Below are positions 27,195 through 37,181 of a stretch of 64,000 bases of DNA, in pieces. Source of the stretch: a virus; the IMG/VR virus record IMGVR_UViG_3300035704_000006, positions 3,456 to 67,455 of that record. The stretch is one strand, 5' to 3'. A program made the position numbers and the translations under genes. Every line of letters starts with the position of its first letter. Position 1 is the stretch's first letter. Below the pieces are notes generated by a model that saw nothing but the letters and a program-made list of their open reading frames with translations, ran no database searches and was not told the origin of the DNA.

Positions 27195-29159
27195 TTACCC
27201 CGTACTGCGCACCTTAGCCGGAATCATTCTCTTGCGGATATCAATGCCGCGCGCTCCGTCCAGGCGGTCTTTCACCCGGCCTTCTCTCGCGCCTGTCCGG
27301 CGTGCTATCTCTTCCTCGATCGTGCCCAGTGACCGGAGGTAGTAGACAGTGAGCCCGGTCGCATTTCCTACCCGGTGCCCGCGGTCTTCCATCTGCTCCT
27401 GCTCATCAGGAACATTCGTCTCATCCACCATCACCATGTAGTTTGCAGCAGAAAGATTTATGCTTTCTCCCCCAGCCAGGGTATTTACCAGGATCAGGTT
27501 ATGCTTCGGGCTCTCCTGGAAAAAGTCCTGTACTTTTACCCGCCAGCCGGGAGAAGTTTGCCCGGTGAGCGCCAGCGTGAAGGGGAGGTCTCCTCTAAGT
27601 TCCTCAGCAAGGAGGTTTATCAGCTTCGTAAACTGGCTTGCGATAATTACCTTGGCGCTTCCGTCAAGTTCATCGAGGAAGTCTTTTATCCAGTTGAGCT
27701 TGTTTGAGGGGAGAACAGGGAAAAACTCATCGCCGGAGAGCCTTCCGAAAGAACTCGCGAACTGGCGCAGGCGCGTGACCTCTGCCAGCACTGATGCGGT
27801 GGTGAGCCGGCCGCCCAGGATCTCGGCGTCGCCGTTGGCCTGCATGGTGTCGTAGGCGGCCTGCTGCTCTGGCGTCATCTCCAGCCACACGCCAAACGGG
27901 CTTGAAGGATCAGAGGGATCGAGGAGGCTGCCGGCGTACTCCTTCTCCGGCATGTCCGGAGCGACCTCTTTCTTAGTGCGGCGTATCGTCCAGCGCCGCT
28001 GCTCCCGGTCGAACGCCTTCGGCCTGATCAGCTCGCCGATCACGCGCTCTCCGTAGTTGCCGTCCGCCATCTCGAAGTAGGTCTCCAGCCAGCGCCACCG
28101 GGAGGAGAAGAAGTCAGGCCGGAGCCAGTTCAATGTCCCCCAGGCTTGCGTCCGGTCTCCTCGCCACGGCGTGCCGGAGAGGGCGAGCGCCATCGTGTCC
28201 GGGCGCCGCGGGAGCTTCATCATCCCGTTGCGCACCTGGGCGGCCAGCAGGCTCCTGTCTCCGAGCCCGGCCAGCACCCGGTGTGACTCGTCGAGCACGA
28301 TGGCGTCAAACGGCGGCAGCCCGAACAGCTCGGGCCACGCCGGCTTGGCTTCGTACTTCGGCCGCTTGCCATCGGGGTGGCTGTCGCAGTGCTTCTTGCA
28401 CTGCGCGGCGCTCCTGCCGTTCTGGCAGACCTTGGCGATCCTGGCCATCTCGCTGTTGAGCACGAGGAATTTCATCCATGAGGATGGCTGCCAGCCGCAG
28501 GGAAGAGCACTGTCCGCTTTCACGGCAAGCCCGAAGGCCTGGATAGCCGACGCGCGCCGGTCATGCTCCCCGTCCGCAACGTAAACGGTTGCCATCTCGC
28601 CAAGCCACCGGTAGATTTCGCGCTCCCAGACGGTTGTCAGCGCGGTCTTGCGGGCAAAGACCAGGATCGTCCTGGCGTTCCCCTCGACCAGGGCGGAGAG
28701 CGTTTCCAGGGTCTTGCCGACGCCGGGCTGATCAGCGATGAGCACCTGGCGGCTGAGGGAGGCGAACAGCGCGGCGGTCGCCTGCATCGGCCGGTTCTCC
28801 ATCGCTTCCCACAGGACAGGCGCGTACGCATAAGTGCGAGCCAGGAGAGCCAGGCAGGCTTCCGGCTCGGTCTCCCTGATCTTCGCGAGCGTTCTTTCAA
28901 GATCCTGCTCGCGCCGACCCCAGTCAGCCAGTTCCTGGCCGAAGGTGACATTTTCCCTGCCGAAGACGCGCCTCAGCCCGCGCGCCGTGTCCATGGTGAG
29001 CGGGTAAGCCCAGCCCAGGAACTTGTCCCGGCCGGTTCCACGCTTGAAGCGCGGCGTGGCGCCCGGCACTTTCTTCGCGAGTACAGCGCCCTCTCCCTCG
29101 GCATAGGGGATCTGCGCGAGTATCCTGTCCTTGCCGAACCGCTCAGCGGTAACTTTCAT
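27195..29159 (-). CDS. SNF2-family helicase
   Basis: ADQPGVGKT, DESH, LSGTP, RRTK, GGESINL, Q.EDR.HR.G. Confidence 0.92.
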   Translation of the reverse strand: MKVTAERFGKDRILAQIPYAEGEGAVLAKKVPGATPRFKRGTGRDKFLGWAYPLTMDTARGLRRVFGRENVTFGQELADWGRREQDLERTLAKIRETEPEACLALLARTYAYAPVLWEAMENRPMQATAALFASLSRQVLIADQPGVGKTLETLSALVEGNARTILVFARKTALTTVWEREIYRWLGEMATVYVADGEHDRRASAIQAFGLAVKADSALPCGWQPSSWMKFLVLNSEMARIAKVCQNGRSAAQCKKHCDSHPDGKRPKYEAKPAWPELFGLPPFDAIVLDESHRVLAGLGDRSLLAAQVRNGMMKLPRRPDTMALALSGTPWRGDRTQAWGTLNWLRPDFFSSRWRWLETYFEMADGNYGERVIGELIRPKAFDREQRRWTIRRTKKEVAPDMPEKEYAGSLLDPSDPSSPFGVWLEMTPEQQAAYDTMQANGDAEILGGRLTTASVLAEVTRLRQFASSFGRLSGDEFFPVLPSNKLNWIKDFLDELDGSAKVIIASQFTKLINLLAEELRGDLPFTLALTGQTSPGWRVKVQDFFQESPKHNLILVNTLAGGESINLSAANYMVMVDETNVPDEQEQMEDRGHRVGNATGLTVYYLRSLGTIEEEIARRTGAREGRVKDRLDGARGIDIRKRMIPAKVRSTG

Positions 29160-29283
29160 CCTGAGACCTCGCGGATATCGTCTAGCTCATAGGCGATGTC
29201 AATAAGCTTATCCAGGTTTTCTTCAGCCTCTTCTTCGTCGGCGGCTTCGACCTTGAAGGATATGGTTATGTCGAACCAGGGCA

Positions 29284-29580
29284 TTAGTCGCGCGTCCCGG
29301 AGATTGCGGCCTTGGCCATGTCGCTCAGGATCAGGTCATAGGCAGCATTCATGTCTATCTTGTCGATCTGACTGGTTGGCCAAGTAGACCCGATTGTCAG
29401 GATGTAAGGACCGAACTTGACCGGGTGAAAATGATATCTCCAAGTGACCGCTCGTTTCCCGTGGGCGGGATTCTTGTAGGCCATCCCGTTCTTCAGTTCA
29501 GCTTCCTTGACGCGGGCGCTTCCGCCGCGCAAGGGTCCGTCGACGTAGACCGGATGAACCCATGCTATTTTCTTCCCCAT
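29284..29580 (-). CDS. Hypothetical protein
   Basis: VDGPLRG motif; AAGGAG RBS. Confidence 0.55.
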   Translation of the reverse strand: MGKKIAWVHPVYVDGPLRGGSARVKEAELKNGMAYKNPAHGKRAVTWRYHFHPVKFGPYILTIGSTWPTSQIDKIDMNAAYDLILSDMAKAAISGTRD

Positions 29581-29767
29581 CTTCTTCTCCTTCGTTAATT
29601 GTATCCAGGATAAAAGACGCCATCTCCCACCGGCCGTCCCCGTAGTCAGAGTGAATGGTACTGAATATATGGTCAGCGCGGGGTCTCAAGGATGTCTAGT
29701 TTCGCCTGCGCTACGGCAAGCTTTTCCCGGGTAGCGTCTAGCTTCTTTTGCAAAGAGATTGCCCTGG

Positions 29768-30109
29768 CTATTCCCATGCCCATGCTTCCGGGTCTTCCGC
29801 CACGCGGGCTTCAGCCAGGTGCTCTGCCGCAATGCTGACGATATTTTTCGCCTGCATTACCAGGTGATCGGGGAAATAACCGGCGGCATGCAGGCGGCTG
29901 ATGCGCGCCTGACGGGTGCAGGGAGGGATGTACTCTCCTACATCCTGCATTCTGGAGAGAGCGTCAAAGGAAAGGCTGCCGTCTTCGAGGCGCCAGATGA
30001 CGAGCTTGAGCTGCGGCCAGACCGGGTGAATTCCCTGGCCCAGGTAAAGCCCCTTCTGCCCTCCCTTGCCGATCAGGTCTCCGGGGAGCAGGCATTCTAC
30101 AGTTGCCAT
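29768..30109 (-). CDS. Hypothetical protein
   Basis: Preceded by two tandem motif copies. Confidence 0.65.
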   Translation of the reverse strand: MATVECLLPGDLIGKGGQKGLYLGQGIHPVWPQLKLVIWRLEDGSLSFDALSRMQDVGEYIPPCTRQARISRLHAAGYFPDHLVMQAKNIVSIAAEHLAEARVAEDPEAWAWE

Positions 30110-30478
30110 TGGTGCGTCTCTTCCTTTGCCGGGATGAGCATCCTTGCCGGGATGTTTAGGGGGAGGGGCACCGCCCCGGGCTGGGGGGTAGGGCAGTGCC
30201 CCTCGTACTGGACAGCGGAACCGGTTTGCTCCCCCTCTAACCGGGTGTTCCTCGCCGCGCTTGCCCGCGGCGCCGGGGGTCGGCCGTCCAGCAGTTCTTT
30301 CAGCCGCCGTGGTCGAGCGTGGCGGCGATCTCTTTGCGAATTGATTTCTTAGCCGCGCTGACCTCCGCTGAGGCTGTCTTCAGGAACAAGAGCGCCGTGG
30401 AGGTATTGTCCTCGCTGATGCAGATAATGGCTGCCGACAGGTCTCCGATGGCGGAGGCAGCATGGCGGATAGAATCAG

Positions 30479-30901
30479 TCATGTCTTCGTTACTGCTTCC
30501 AGGGCGCGGCGCTGGAAGTCAGGGCCGGCTATCGAGCCGAGTTCCGAGAGAGCCTGAATCCAGTTGACAAAGGACACTGCTCTCCATGGAGCGGCGATGA
30601 AGACCCCCCGGATGCGCTGGTTCGTGACAAGGATGAAGCCTCTTCTGGCTGCGCTCAGAGGGCCTTCTCCGGGCCATTCGTCCCTGTGTTCCGCATTGCC
30701 GAGATCTACCCAGCAACTGAAGCCTTGTTTCCCGAGCCATTCGGAGACGGCCATCGGGTCTTCCTCCGTCCAGACGGACACCGGAAGAAGGCTCCTCAGG
30801 AGGGCGAGAGCGGCGAGGGCGCCCTCGACTGACTCTCCTTCGTGACGCACAGTGTCCAGGTCGATTTGCACCGCCTCGATCCGTGCTGGCGCTTCTGCCA
30901 T
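30479..30901 (-). CDS. Hypothetical protein, possibly degenerate HAD-like
   Basis: IDLD and ILVTN segments; weak. Confidence 0.45.
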   Translation of the reverse strand: MAEAPARIEAVQIDLDTVRHEGESVEGALAALALLRSLLPVSVWTEEDPMAVSEWLGKQGFSCWVDLGNAEHRDEWPGEGPLSAARRGFILVTNQRIRGVFIAAPWRAVSFVNWIQALSELGSIAGPDFQRRALEAVTKT

Positions 30902-30990
30902 TTCCCCACCCCTTTGAGCCCTATCGAATGTTCCGCTCCCTGAGCGCCGTCCGGGACGACTGTACTCAGGAGGCACTCGTGAGTCTAGCC

Positions 30991-31225
30991 TTTGGTAGCA
31001 GTCCTGGTAGCAGTACCCGCTCGTGCGGTGGCGTTCCGGAGAGTACGCGGGTATGCTCTGACCTGCGTATCCGTACGAACGGGTACCCCGCCGTATGTTG
31101 CGCCGGTTCACTCGTAATGAACAGGTCGTCGGTTCGATTCCGACAGGCGGCTCCACGCTTGACCAGCGCAAACTCCGCTTTGAAGATCACCAGAAAATTT
31201 CTTTGGTAGCAGTTTCGGTAGCAGT
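30991..31225 (+). other. attP: core is the 3' half of tRNA-Thr(CGT) (31106-31155), flanked by paired arm-type repeats
   Basis: GTTCA-CTCGTAA-TGAAC anticodon arm, GTCGG-TTCGATT-CCGAC T arm, CCA end; (T/C)GGTAGCAGT at 30993, 31005, 31204, 31216. Confidence 0.88.
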
Positions 31226-31660
31226 TGCATCCGAAGCTGGTTCCCGGCGCTTCGTAAGGCGCCGCTCATGACACGGCGTTTCGTGACGGCAGAGCCATCC
31301 GCCGTTCGCCTGGTAGCAGTCCCTCGGGTCCTGCATCTCATCGCACCACCAGCAGAGGACCGGCTCCAGGGCTCCCTCCTGATGAATCCGGCGGTACTCC
31401 CTGGCATGGAACTCTGCGTTGCGGAACCACTCCCGTCTGTAGATCCCCCTGGCTATCCCGCGTTTGATCCCCTCCTGGATCTCGCTGAGCAGTCCCTGCT
31501 CCCACTCGGCCGCCAGGTCGGCTGCCTTGTATCGCTCCTCGGTAGCCTGAGCAGCGAGCAATGTCGCCTTCTCCGGATCAACCGGCTCGCTGACAGGCGT
31601 CCCGGTGGATTTGTAATCCCGGAAGTCCCCGGTGTCGGGGTCAATGTCGAAGAGGCTCAT
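31187..31660 (-). CDS. Hypothetical protein with C-terminal Cys cluster
   Basis: GGAGG RBS; ATGA overlap. Confidence 0.5.
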   Translation of the reverse strand: MSLFDIDPDTGDFRDYKSTGTPVSEPVDPEKATLLAAQATEERYKAADLAAEWEQGLLSEIQEGIKRGIARGIYRREWFRNAEFHAREYRRIHQEGALEPVLCWWCDEMQDPRDCYQANGGWLCRHETPCHERRLTKRREPASDATATETATKEIFW

Positions 31661-32007
31661 GAAGTTTCCTCCCAATCTTCCTTCCACGTGGCGGCAAGAA
31701 CCGGGACGGATGTCATTGACCGGAGGCACTGATCGAGGTTGCTTATCAGGAAGCCAGTTACGCCGGGCGCATGATAATAGCCCCTGATGAAACTTTCCCA
31801 GGTAATTGGCTGAGGGACATATCGCGTCATCTTGAGTCCATGGACGCGCTTCCAGATGATATTCACCTGGCTCATGTCCGGGCAGACGATGTGGCTGAAG
31901 TCCTTAGCTGCCAGGTAGATCAGCCATTCAATATTGTCGTCATCACTGTCGTGTCGGATAAGTTGAGTTTTTCTTCTGGTGAGGGCGAGATGATAAATGT
32001 CAGTCAT
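31657..32007 (-). CDS. Hypothetical protein
   Basis: ATGA overlaps on both sides. Confidence 0.55.
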   Translation of the reverse strand: MTDIYHLALTRRKTQLIRHDSDDDNIEWLIYLAAKDFSHIVCPDMSQVNIIWKRVHGLKMTRYVPQPITWESFIRGYYHAPGVTGFLISNLDQCLRSMTSVPVLAATWKEDWEETS

Positions 32008-32432
32008 GAGATCTTCCACTGCTCCTTGAAATCGGCATGATCGCTGTAGACGTTCGCGTCGGCCAGGACAGCGCCGTAGCAGGCATCCCGGTAGCCTCGC
32101 ACTGAGTTGTTCTCGTTCATGGTCGCATGCTGAAGTGCGCTCTCTGCCATGCGCCACTGATCTAGGCGCCTGCGCTTGGCGTCAATCTCACGGGAACTCC
32201 GGGAAGGAGAAAGAGTTCGTGAGTAATAGTATGTGGCTTCGGGGAGGTCCTGCCATTCCGGGAGAACATCCTCATCATCCCATTCGGCCAGTACGTCTTC
32301 TTTTCTCTTGTCGTCTTCGGTGATCCGGGCTCTCATGAAGCTGACCAGCGCGGGATCGCATACGGTGGCGATCCACCCTGCTTCGCTGAGCCGGCCGGCT
32401 ATGAAATCGTCGAGGAACGGGAGCTGAGTCAT
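32004..32432 (-). CDS. DUF6221-like protein
   Basis: F.RARI.ED, REIDAKRR, VYSDH.DF..W. Confidence 0.65.
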   Translation of the reverse strand: MTQLPFLDDFIAGRLSEAGWIATVCDPALVSFMRARITEDDKRKEDVLAEWDDEDVLPEWQDLPEATYYYSRTLSPSRSSREIDAKRRRLDQWRMAESALQHATMNENNSVRGYRDACYGAVLADANVYSDHADFKEQWKIS

Positions 32433-32589
32433 GCCACGATGTTACGCCCCGGACGGTGAGGTATGCTCCTTGCGGGCCGGGGCGGGTAGCCGCCCGGAAC
32501 AGTTCGTCCGGAGTGGTCGCCGGAACGCTCTCCGGGAAGGCGGATGCACTCACCATGCAAACTGTTTCGAATGCAGGACCCGCCTCGGC

Positions 32590-33957
32590 TTAGGCCCCGA
32601 GGAGAGCTGCTTCCATCCGGGCGGCTGCGTCGATGCGCAGGGGGCCGGAGACGTACTGGTAGCCGCGGGTGACGCGGATGTCGGAGTGGCCCAGGATCTC
32701 CTGGGTGACGGCGAGGGCGATGTCCTCATTGAGGGCGACCGTGGCTGACGTGTGGCGGGCAGCGTGAACGCCGGCTTTCTCCAGGCCTGCTTCTGCCAGG
32801 ATCTCCTGCCATTCCTGCCAGTCGGCCTTGGAGTCGATCGGGCGCCCGTCCGGCTGGCAGAAGATCAGGCCGTGGTCTTCCCATATCTCTCCGGCAAGCC
32901 TCTGCTCCGCGCCCTGGTCTCTGCGGTGCTCGGCGAGGATCCTGGCCATGGCCGGGCCTACGACGGCGACCTTGCGGCGCTTCTCCTTGATCTCGCGCCA
33001 GACCAGGCCGCCTCCGTGCCGGCCGGGGCACTGGGCAGCATGGCCCTGGCAGCCGGGTTTGCACAGGTTCTTCGCGCCGGCAGGAATACAGGTGTGCGGG
33101 CGGCCGGATGCCCGGATCTTGGGGCAGCGTTTCGGGCACGCGTGCTTATGCTTGCTTCCGGTGCAGGCCGTGATGTCTTCGCAGCCGTGCTGCCAGGGCA
33201 GCCGCTGGAGCTGGTGCCAGATCCGGAGCGTGCCCCCTTCGTTCTCCTCCACCTCCGCGTAAGACCAGCGCAGCCCGAGCGCCTCTCCCTGGCGGAGCCC
33301 GCACACCAGGGCGATAGCCCACCTGGCCCAGTTGCGCCTGTGCCTGATGGCCCCGACAAGGGCTACTGCCTGCTTCTGGGTGATCCCCTCGCGAGCGGGC
33401 TCGCCTAGCTCCGGAGGCTCGACCGTGCAGCACGGATTGCGGAGGGCAAGTCCGCGGCTGACCGCCAGCTCATAGGCGGAGCTGAGTATCGCGTGGACTT
33501 TGACCACCGAAGACTTGGCCAGTCCGGCCGCGAGCATCTCGGCATAGCCTTCCTCGATCTGCTCATCGCGAAGCCGGTCGATGCGCTGGGCGCCCCACCG
33601 GGGGAATATCTGGTGCTCGCACAGGGACATGTAGCTGCGGATCGTATGCGGAGCCCGGCCCCGGCTGACCAGGGTCACGTTGATGTGCCTGGTCAGCATC
33701 TCGCGCACAGTTGGCTTGCGGCCGGGTTTCGTCGTCAGCCCGGCGTCCCTGGCTTTCTCCAGGCTGCGGACTCCCGCATTGCGGGAAGACTCGGTCTTGC
33801 GCTTGACATGGCGCCTGTCCGGCGAACCATCAGGTTTCGTGCCCATCGACACGAAGCCTTCCCAGTAACCCTGGCTGTTCGGTCCTTCCGACAGCCAGGA
33901 CTCTCCGTTACTTCTTCTCTTGGGCTCGGGCTGCGGCCCGCGTTGTCTGGAGACCAC
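32590..33957 (-). CDS. int: Tyrosine integrase with Cys/His-rich insertion
   Basis: GLRQGE, HAARH, LGHS, GY catalytic motifs. Confidence 0.95.
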   Translation of the reverse strand: MVSRQRGPQPEPKRRSNGESWLSEGPNSQGYWEGFVSMGTKPDGSPDRRHVKRKTESSRNAGVRSLEKARDAGLTTKPGRKPTVREMLTRHINVTLVSRGRAPHTIRSYMSLCEHQIFPRWGAQRIDRLRDEQIEEGYAEMLAAGLAKSSVVKVHAILSSAYELAVSRGLALRNPCCTVEPPELGEPAREGITQKQAVALVGAIRHRRNWARWAIALVCGLRQGEALGLRWSYAEVEENEGGTLRIWHQLQRLPWQHGCEDITACTGSKHKHACPKRCPKIRASGRPHTCIPAGAKNLCKPGCQGHAAQCPGRHGGGLVWREIKEKRRKVAVVGPAMARILAEHRRDQGAEQRLAGEIWEDHGLIFCQPDGRPIDSKADWQEWQEILAEAGLEKAGVHAARHTSATVALNEDIALAVTQEILGHSDIRVTRGYQYVSGPLRIDAAARMEAALLGA

Positions 33958-33992
33958 ATCCTGAGGATACCATCCGTGTTGCGCCCGAGCAG

Positions 33993-34014
33993 AGAGTACT
34001 TTCAGGAGTACTCT
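33993..34014. promoter_or_regulatory. Operator-like inverted repeat between xis and int
   Basis: AGAGTACT-N6-AGTACTCT. Confidence 0.4.
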
Positions 34015-34026
34015 TTCAAAAGTTCC

Positions 34027-34251
34027 CTACGATGATCCTCCTAGGCAGAGAGACTTTATGTAATGGTCTACTTCAGCGGTAGGAACCCTGCGGCGCCTTC
34101 CGACTTTGACGGAACCGAGCGTTCCTTCCCGGAGCAGGTCATACACTCCGGTCCTGCTGATCCCGATCCGGGCAGCAGCCTTCTCTACAGTGAGAAGGCT
34201 GCTGCCCGACTCCGCCGCGACAGCAGAAGATGGAGCCCTGTAGGCTGCCAT
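34027..34251 (-). CDS. xis: Excisionase-like HTH protein
   Basis: LLTVEKAAARIGISR..VY.L...G.L.SVKVGRRRRV. Confidence 0.85.
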   Translation of the reverse strand: MAAYRAPSSAVAAESGSSLLTVEKAAARIGISRTGVYDLLREGTLGSVKVGRRRRVPTAEVDHYIKSLCLGGSS

Positions 34252-34651
34252 TTACTGAACCTCCCCATGGGAGAGGGACCTCTGGCAGAGCGGTATCACT
34301 GCCTGAGACCTTTCGCCCATGCTTCTCTTGTTGCCATCCGCGCAGGTCAGTGAGCACGAGAGTCTGTTCCCGGTGGCGGCCGGCCCGGAAGCATCTTCCC
34401 CTGCTTCCCGGTGCGGGCAGAGTTCCCCGCATGACTGCGTCCTCACTGCACGGCTTTTCCTGCGCCGGTTAGTACTGGTACAAGTTGTTCCGTTCCTTAC
34501 CGTTTCGAGCAGATTTATGTGACTAGTCATTAGTGTGCCTCTTGGTAGTCCTTTGCCGGGAGTACGAATCGAGACGATACGCTTGCTGCGCACCTTTGGC
34601 AACGCTAGAGTCAGTTCGTCATACTCAATCCCGGCAAAGAAGGGAACCATT

Positions 34652-35074
34652 GTGAGTTTCGCATTCGGAGGCGCAGGCACCCGGAAGATGGTGATTGCGC
34701 AGGTCTGCGCCAATGCCAGCGATCATGACGGCCAGATGGGCGCCCACTCGCGCGCCCTCGCGATAGGCATCCTCGAAACCCTCGGCGAGGATGATCACAC
34801 CTACGCTGTCAAGGCCAGCGGGCACACCAGCCACGGGCACATCACCCTGAACATCTCCGTCGAGTCCTTCGGCAGGCTGCCTGAGGAAGTTCAGGAAGCA
34901 GAAGAAGTCGCGGAGGAGCTGGTCTCCGAGGGCCTGACCGTAACCGTCCCCCTGGACAGCGAGAACGCGAAGATCGCACTCGGCCCTCACGCCCCCGTCG
35001 ACACCGGGGACGAAGACGAGTCCGAGAAGGGCTACGGGACTTCTCCCGGCATGGCAGAGCGCTTCGTCATCTAG
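34652..35074 (+). CDS. Hypothetical protein, lone divergent gene
   Basis: Motif/RBS upstream, TAGAGT -10-like box, terminator downstream. Confidence 0.65.
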   Translation: MSFAFGGAGTRKMVIAQVCANASDHDGQMGAHSRALAIGILETLGEDDHTYAVKASGHTSHGHITLNISVESFGRLPEEVQEAEEVAEELVSEGLTVTVPLDSENAKIALGPHAPVDTGDEDESEKGYGTSPGMAERFVI

Positions 35075-35093
35075 CCAGCAGTTCGCCAGAGGC

Positions 35094-35133
35094 AAAGAGC
35101 CCGCGCACAGGGGAAGTTGTGCGCGGGCTCTTT
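35094..35133. terminator. Bidirectional intrinsic terminator
   Basis: AAAGAGCCCGCGCACA-loop-TGTGCGCGGGCTCTTT between convergent genes. Confidence 0.85.
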
Positions 35134-35160
35134 CAGTTCCGGTAATTCCGGAAGTTCCGG

Positions 35161-35487
35161 CTAGGTGAACGTGATGAACCCGGAGATCAGGTCAGGTGCC
35201 TCAGGATCGCTGGTGACCTTGAACCGGTACTTGTAAGTGCCCCGAGCAGAGGAGAAATCGAATGCGGTCCCAGGGCCGGCCAGGGCCTGCCCTGTCGACG
35301 GCTTGGCGGCATCCGGATCCCACTGCACGCCTGCGGTCTTCCAGTCCGCGGACTGAGGATTCCCGTAGTCGGTCGGCAGGATCGCCGCGGACAAGGGGAG
35401 GGATTTAGGGTCGGTCACTGAGGACGGGACGATGATGTCGGCGCTGATGTAGATCACCGAGCTTGCGGGGACAGAGAGCGGGCTCAT
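35161..35487 (-). CDS. Minor tail/tail-fibre-associated protein
   Basis: Position, beta-rich. Confidence 0.55.
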   Translation of the reverse strand: MSPLSVPASSVIYISADIIVPSSVTDPKSLPLSAAILPTDYGNPQSADWKTAGVQWDPDAAKPSTGQALAGPGTAFDFSSARGTYKYRFKVTSDPEAPDLISGFITFT

Positions 35488-36749
35488 GCGTACGGTGCTC
35501 CGATGCTCCAGCCGGCGTAAGGCTGGCCGGCACTCCAGTTGATGTAAGGACCGGCTGCGCTCCACTCGACATAAGGAGCGCCTGCCGCTATCCCGGTCAA
35601 GTCGGCTGCCGGCTGCGAGCCTTCCGAGACCGAAGCCGATCCTTGTCCGGATGACGTACCGGTCCCCGAGCCCGCGATCGATACTGCTGCCGCGAACGCG
35701 CCCTGTCCGGCTGAGGTCGCTCCGCCTGCCGCGCCGATGCTTTCAGCCGCAGTGAATGAGCCCTGGGCGCCCGACGTACCGGAAGCTGATCCTCCTGCTG
35801 ATTCAGCAGAGGAGAGTGATCCTCCTCCAGCCGACGTCCCAGAAGCCGACGCGCCCGCTGATTCGGTCAGGGTCATGGATCCGGTGGCAGCCGAGAAAGT
35901 GCTCCCCGTTCCTGCAATCGCGGCAGGGGCAAGCGTCATGGATCCAGTGCCCGCTGATCCCGAGGAACCGGCAGCCGACATGGCCGCGGGGTCGAGGACA
36001 GCCGAGCCGGTGCCAGCCGATGCAGATGCCCCCGTGGCGGACATGACCGCGGGAGTCTCGGTTAGCTTCCCGGTGCCGGATGACGTGCCGCTGGCGCCGC
36101 CGTCAATCTCTGCGGGAGCAGAAGGAGTGAGGCTGATGATCGCCCCGCAGACGGCGGCCGATCCGGAGGCAGTGGTCAGGCTGTATTCGTAGGAAGCCCC
36201 GGTCGAGGTAATGACCTGGTAGCCGGTGAACGCGAAATTACTGGGGTGCGTCAGCTCAGTCCAGGGAGCCCCGGCGCCGGTCAGTGCCTCAGCGAAAGCG
36301 ATGTTGATGCCGACGACCAGTGCGGGAGCTTTCGCCGGAGTGATAGATCCCGAGTCAGCTTTCCCGCTCGCTGCGTTCTTCGAGTTGCTCACGTCGACAA
36401 CAGGACTCGGGCCGAGGCCAGTTATGTTGAGGGCGTGCAGCCCGTCAACAGTGGCCATGCCCCCTCCGGTTTCCGTCACTGAGACGGATTTACCGGCCGA
36501 CTGGACATTGGGAAGTACCCAGAACGCTGAGACAACGCCGTTAGAACTCGGGGACTGGACTATGACGGGTTCACTAGCTCCGGTGACAGGGGAGCCGTTG
36601 TACAGCGGCGAGGTAAACGTGATGGTGCCGCCGGAGGTAGTGAACCCTGTCAGGCACAGCAGGATAGTGTCGCCCACATTGCAATTACTTGCGAAGCTCC
36701 CCGAGAATGTCTGGTCTACATCGAGAGTCTGGGCGACGGCGATAGTCAT
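35484..36749 (-). CDS. Minor tail protein with Gly/Ser/Thr/Ala repeats
   Basis: Repeated G.S.GTGS-type units in C-terminal half. Confidence 0.7.
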   Translation of the reverse strand: MTIAVAQTLDVDQTFSGSFASNCNVGDTILLCLTGFTTSGGTITFTSPLYNGSPVTGASEPVIVQSPSSNGVVSAFWVLPNVQSAGKSVSVTETGGGMATVDGLHALNITGLGPSPVVDVSNSKNAASGKADSGSITPAKAPALVVGINIAFAEALTGAGAPWTELTHPSNFAFTGYQVITSTGASYEYSLTTASGSAAVCGAIISLTPSAPAEIDGGASGTSSGTGKLTETPAVMSATGASASAGTGSAVLDPAAMSAAGSSGSAGTGSMTLAPAAIAGTGSTFSAATGSMTLTESAGASASGTSAGGGSLSSAESAGGSASGTSGAQGSFTAAESIGAAGGATSAGQGAFAAAVSIAGSGTGTSSGQGSASVSEGSQPAADLTGIAAGAPYVEWSAAGPYINWSAGQPYAGWSIGAPYA

Positions 36750-36755
36750 GGCTTA

Positions 36756-37181
36756 TCAGGTCAGCGTCAGCGCGAAAGCATTGGCGGCCGACTGGAGAGA
36801 GTCCCCGGTCAGAGGGGTCCTGGCGGTGGTCATCAGGAGCGCGGCATACAGGTTCGCCGTGGTCGAGGAAGAACTGTCGCACAAGACTCCCCACGTTCCG
36901 GTCCCCGGTGCGCTGGTGAACGGGCCGAAGGTGATGGTCGAGGAGTTGCTGACGACGCTCGGGCTCGCGCTGCTGGGAGTCCCGGCCCCGTAAGCCTGCC
37001 GGGCATAGCCGGTCGCGGTGGCGTACTCCGTCTCCGAGGTCATGATCGTGTCGGTCGCCGTAGGCGCCGCGGTGAGGATAGCCAGGAACGGCGTGTAGGT
37101 CGTGGCCGTCGCGCCTACGGCCGCCTTAGCCGCGTTGACTTCGCCCTGCTTCATGAGCTGGCCGGCAGACAAGGCAGTCAT
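36756..37181 (-). CDS. Tail fibre-associated protein
   Basis: GYARQ..N..TITF..GDSL motif. Confidence 0.7.
   Translation of the reverse strand: MTALSAGQLMKQGEVNAAKAAVGATATTYTPFLAILTAAPTATDTIMTSETEYATATGYARQAYGAGTPSSASPSVVSNSSTITFGPFTSAPGTGTWGVLCDSSSSTTANLYAALLMTTARTPLTGDSLQSAANAFALTLT

Noticed and set aside
31080-31155. Complete tRNA-Thr gene
   Set aside because: No 5' acceptor strand (GCCGCCT) or D arm upstream; only the 3' half is present, as expected for attP
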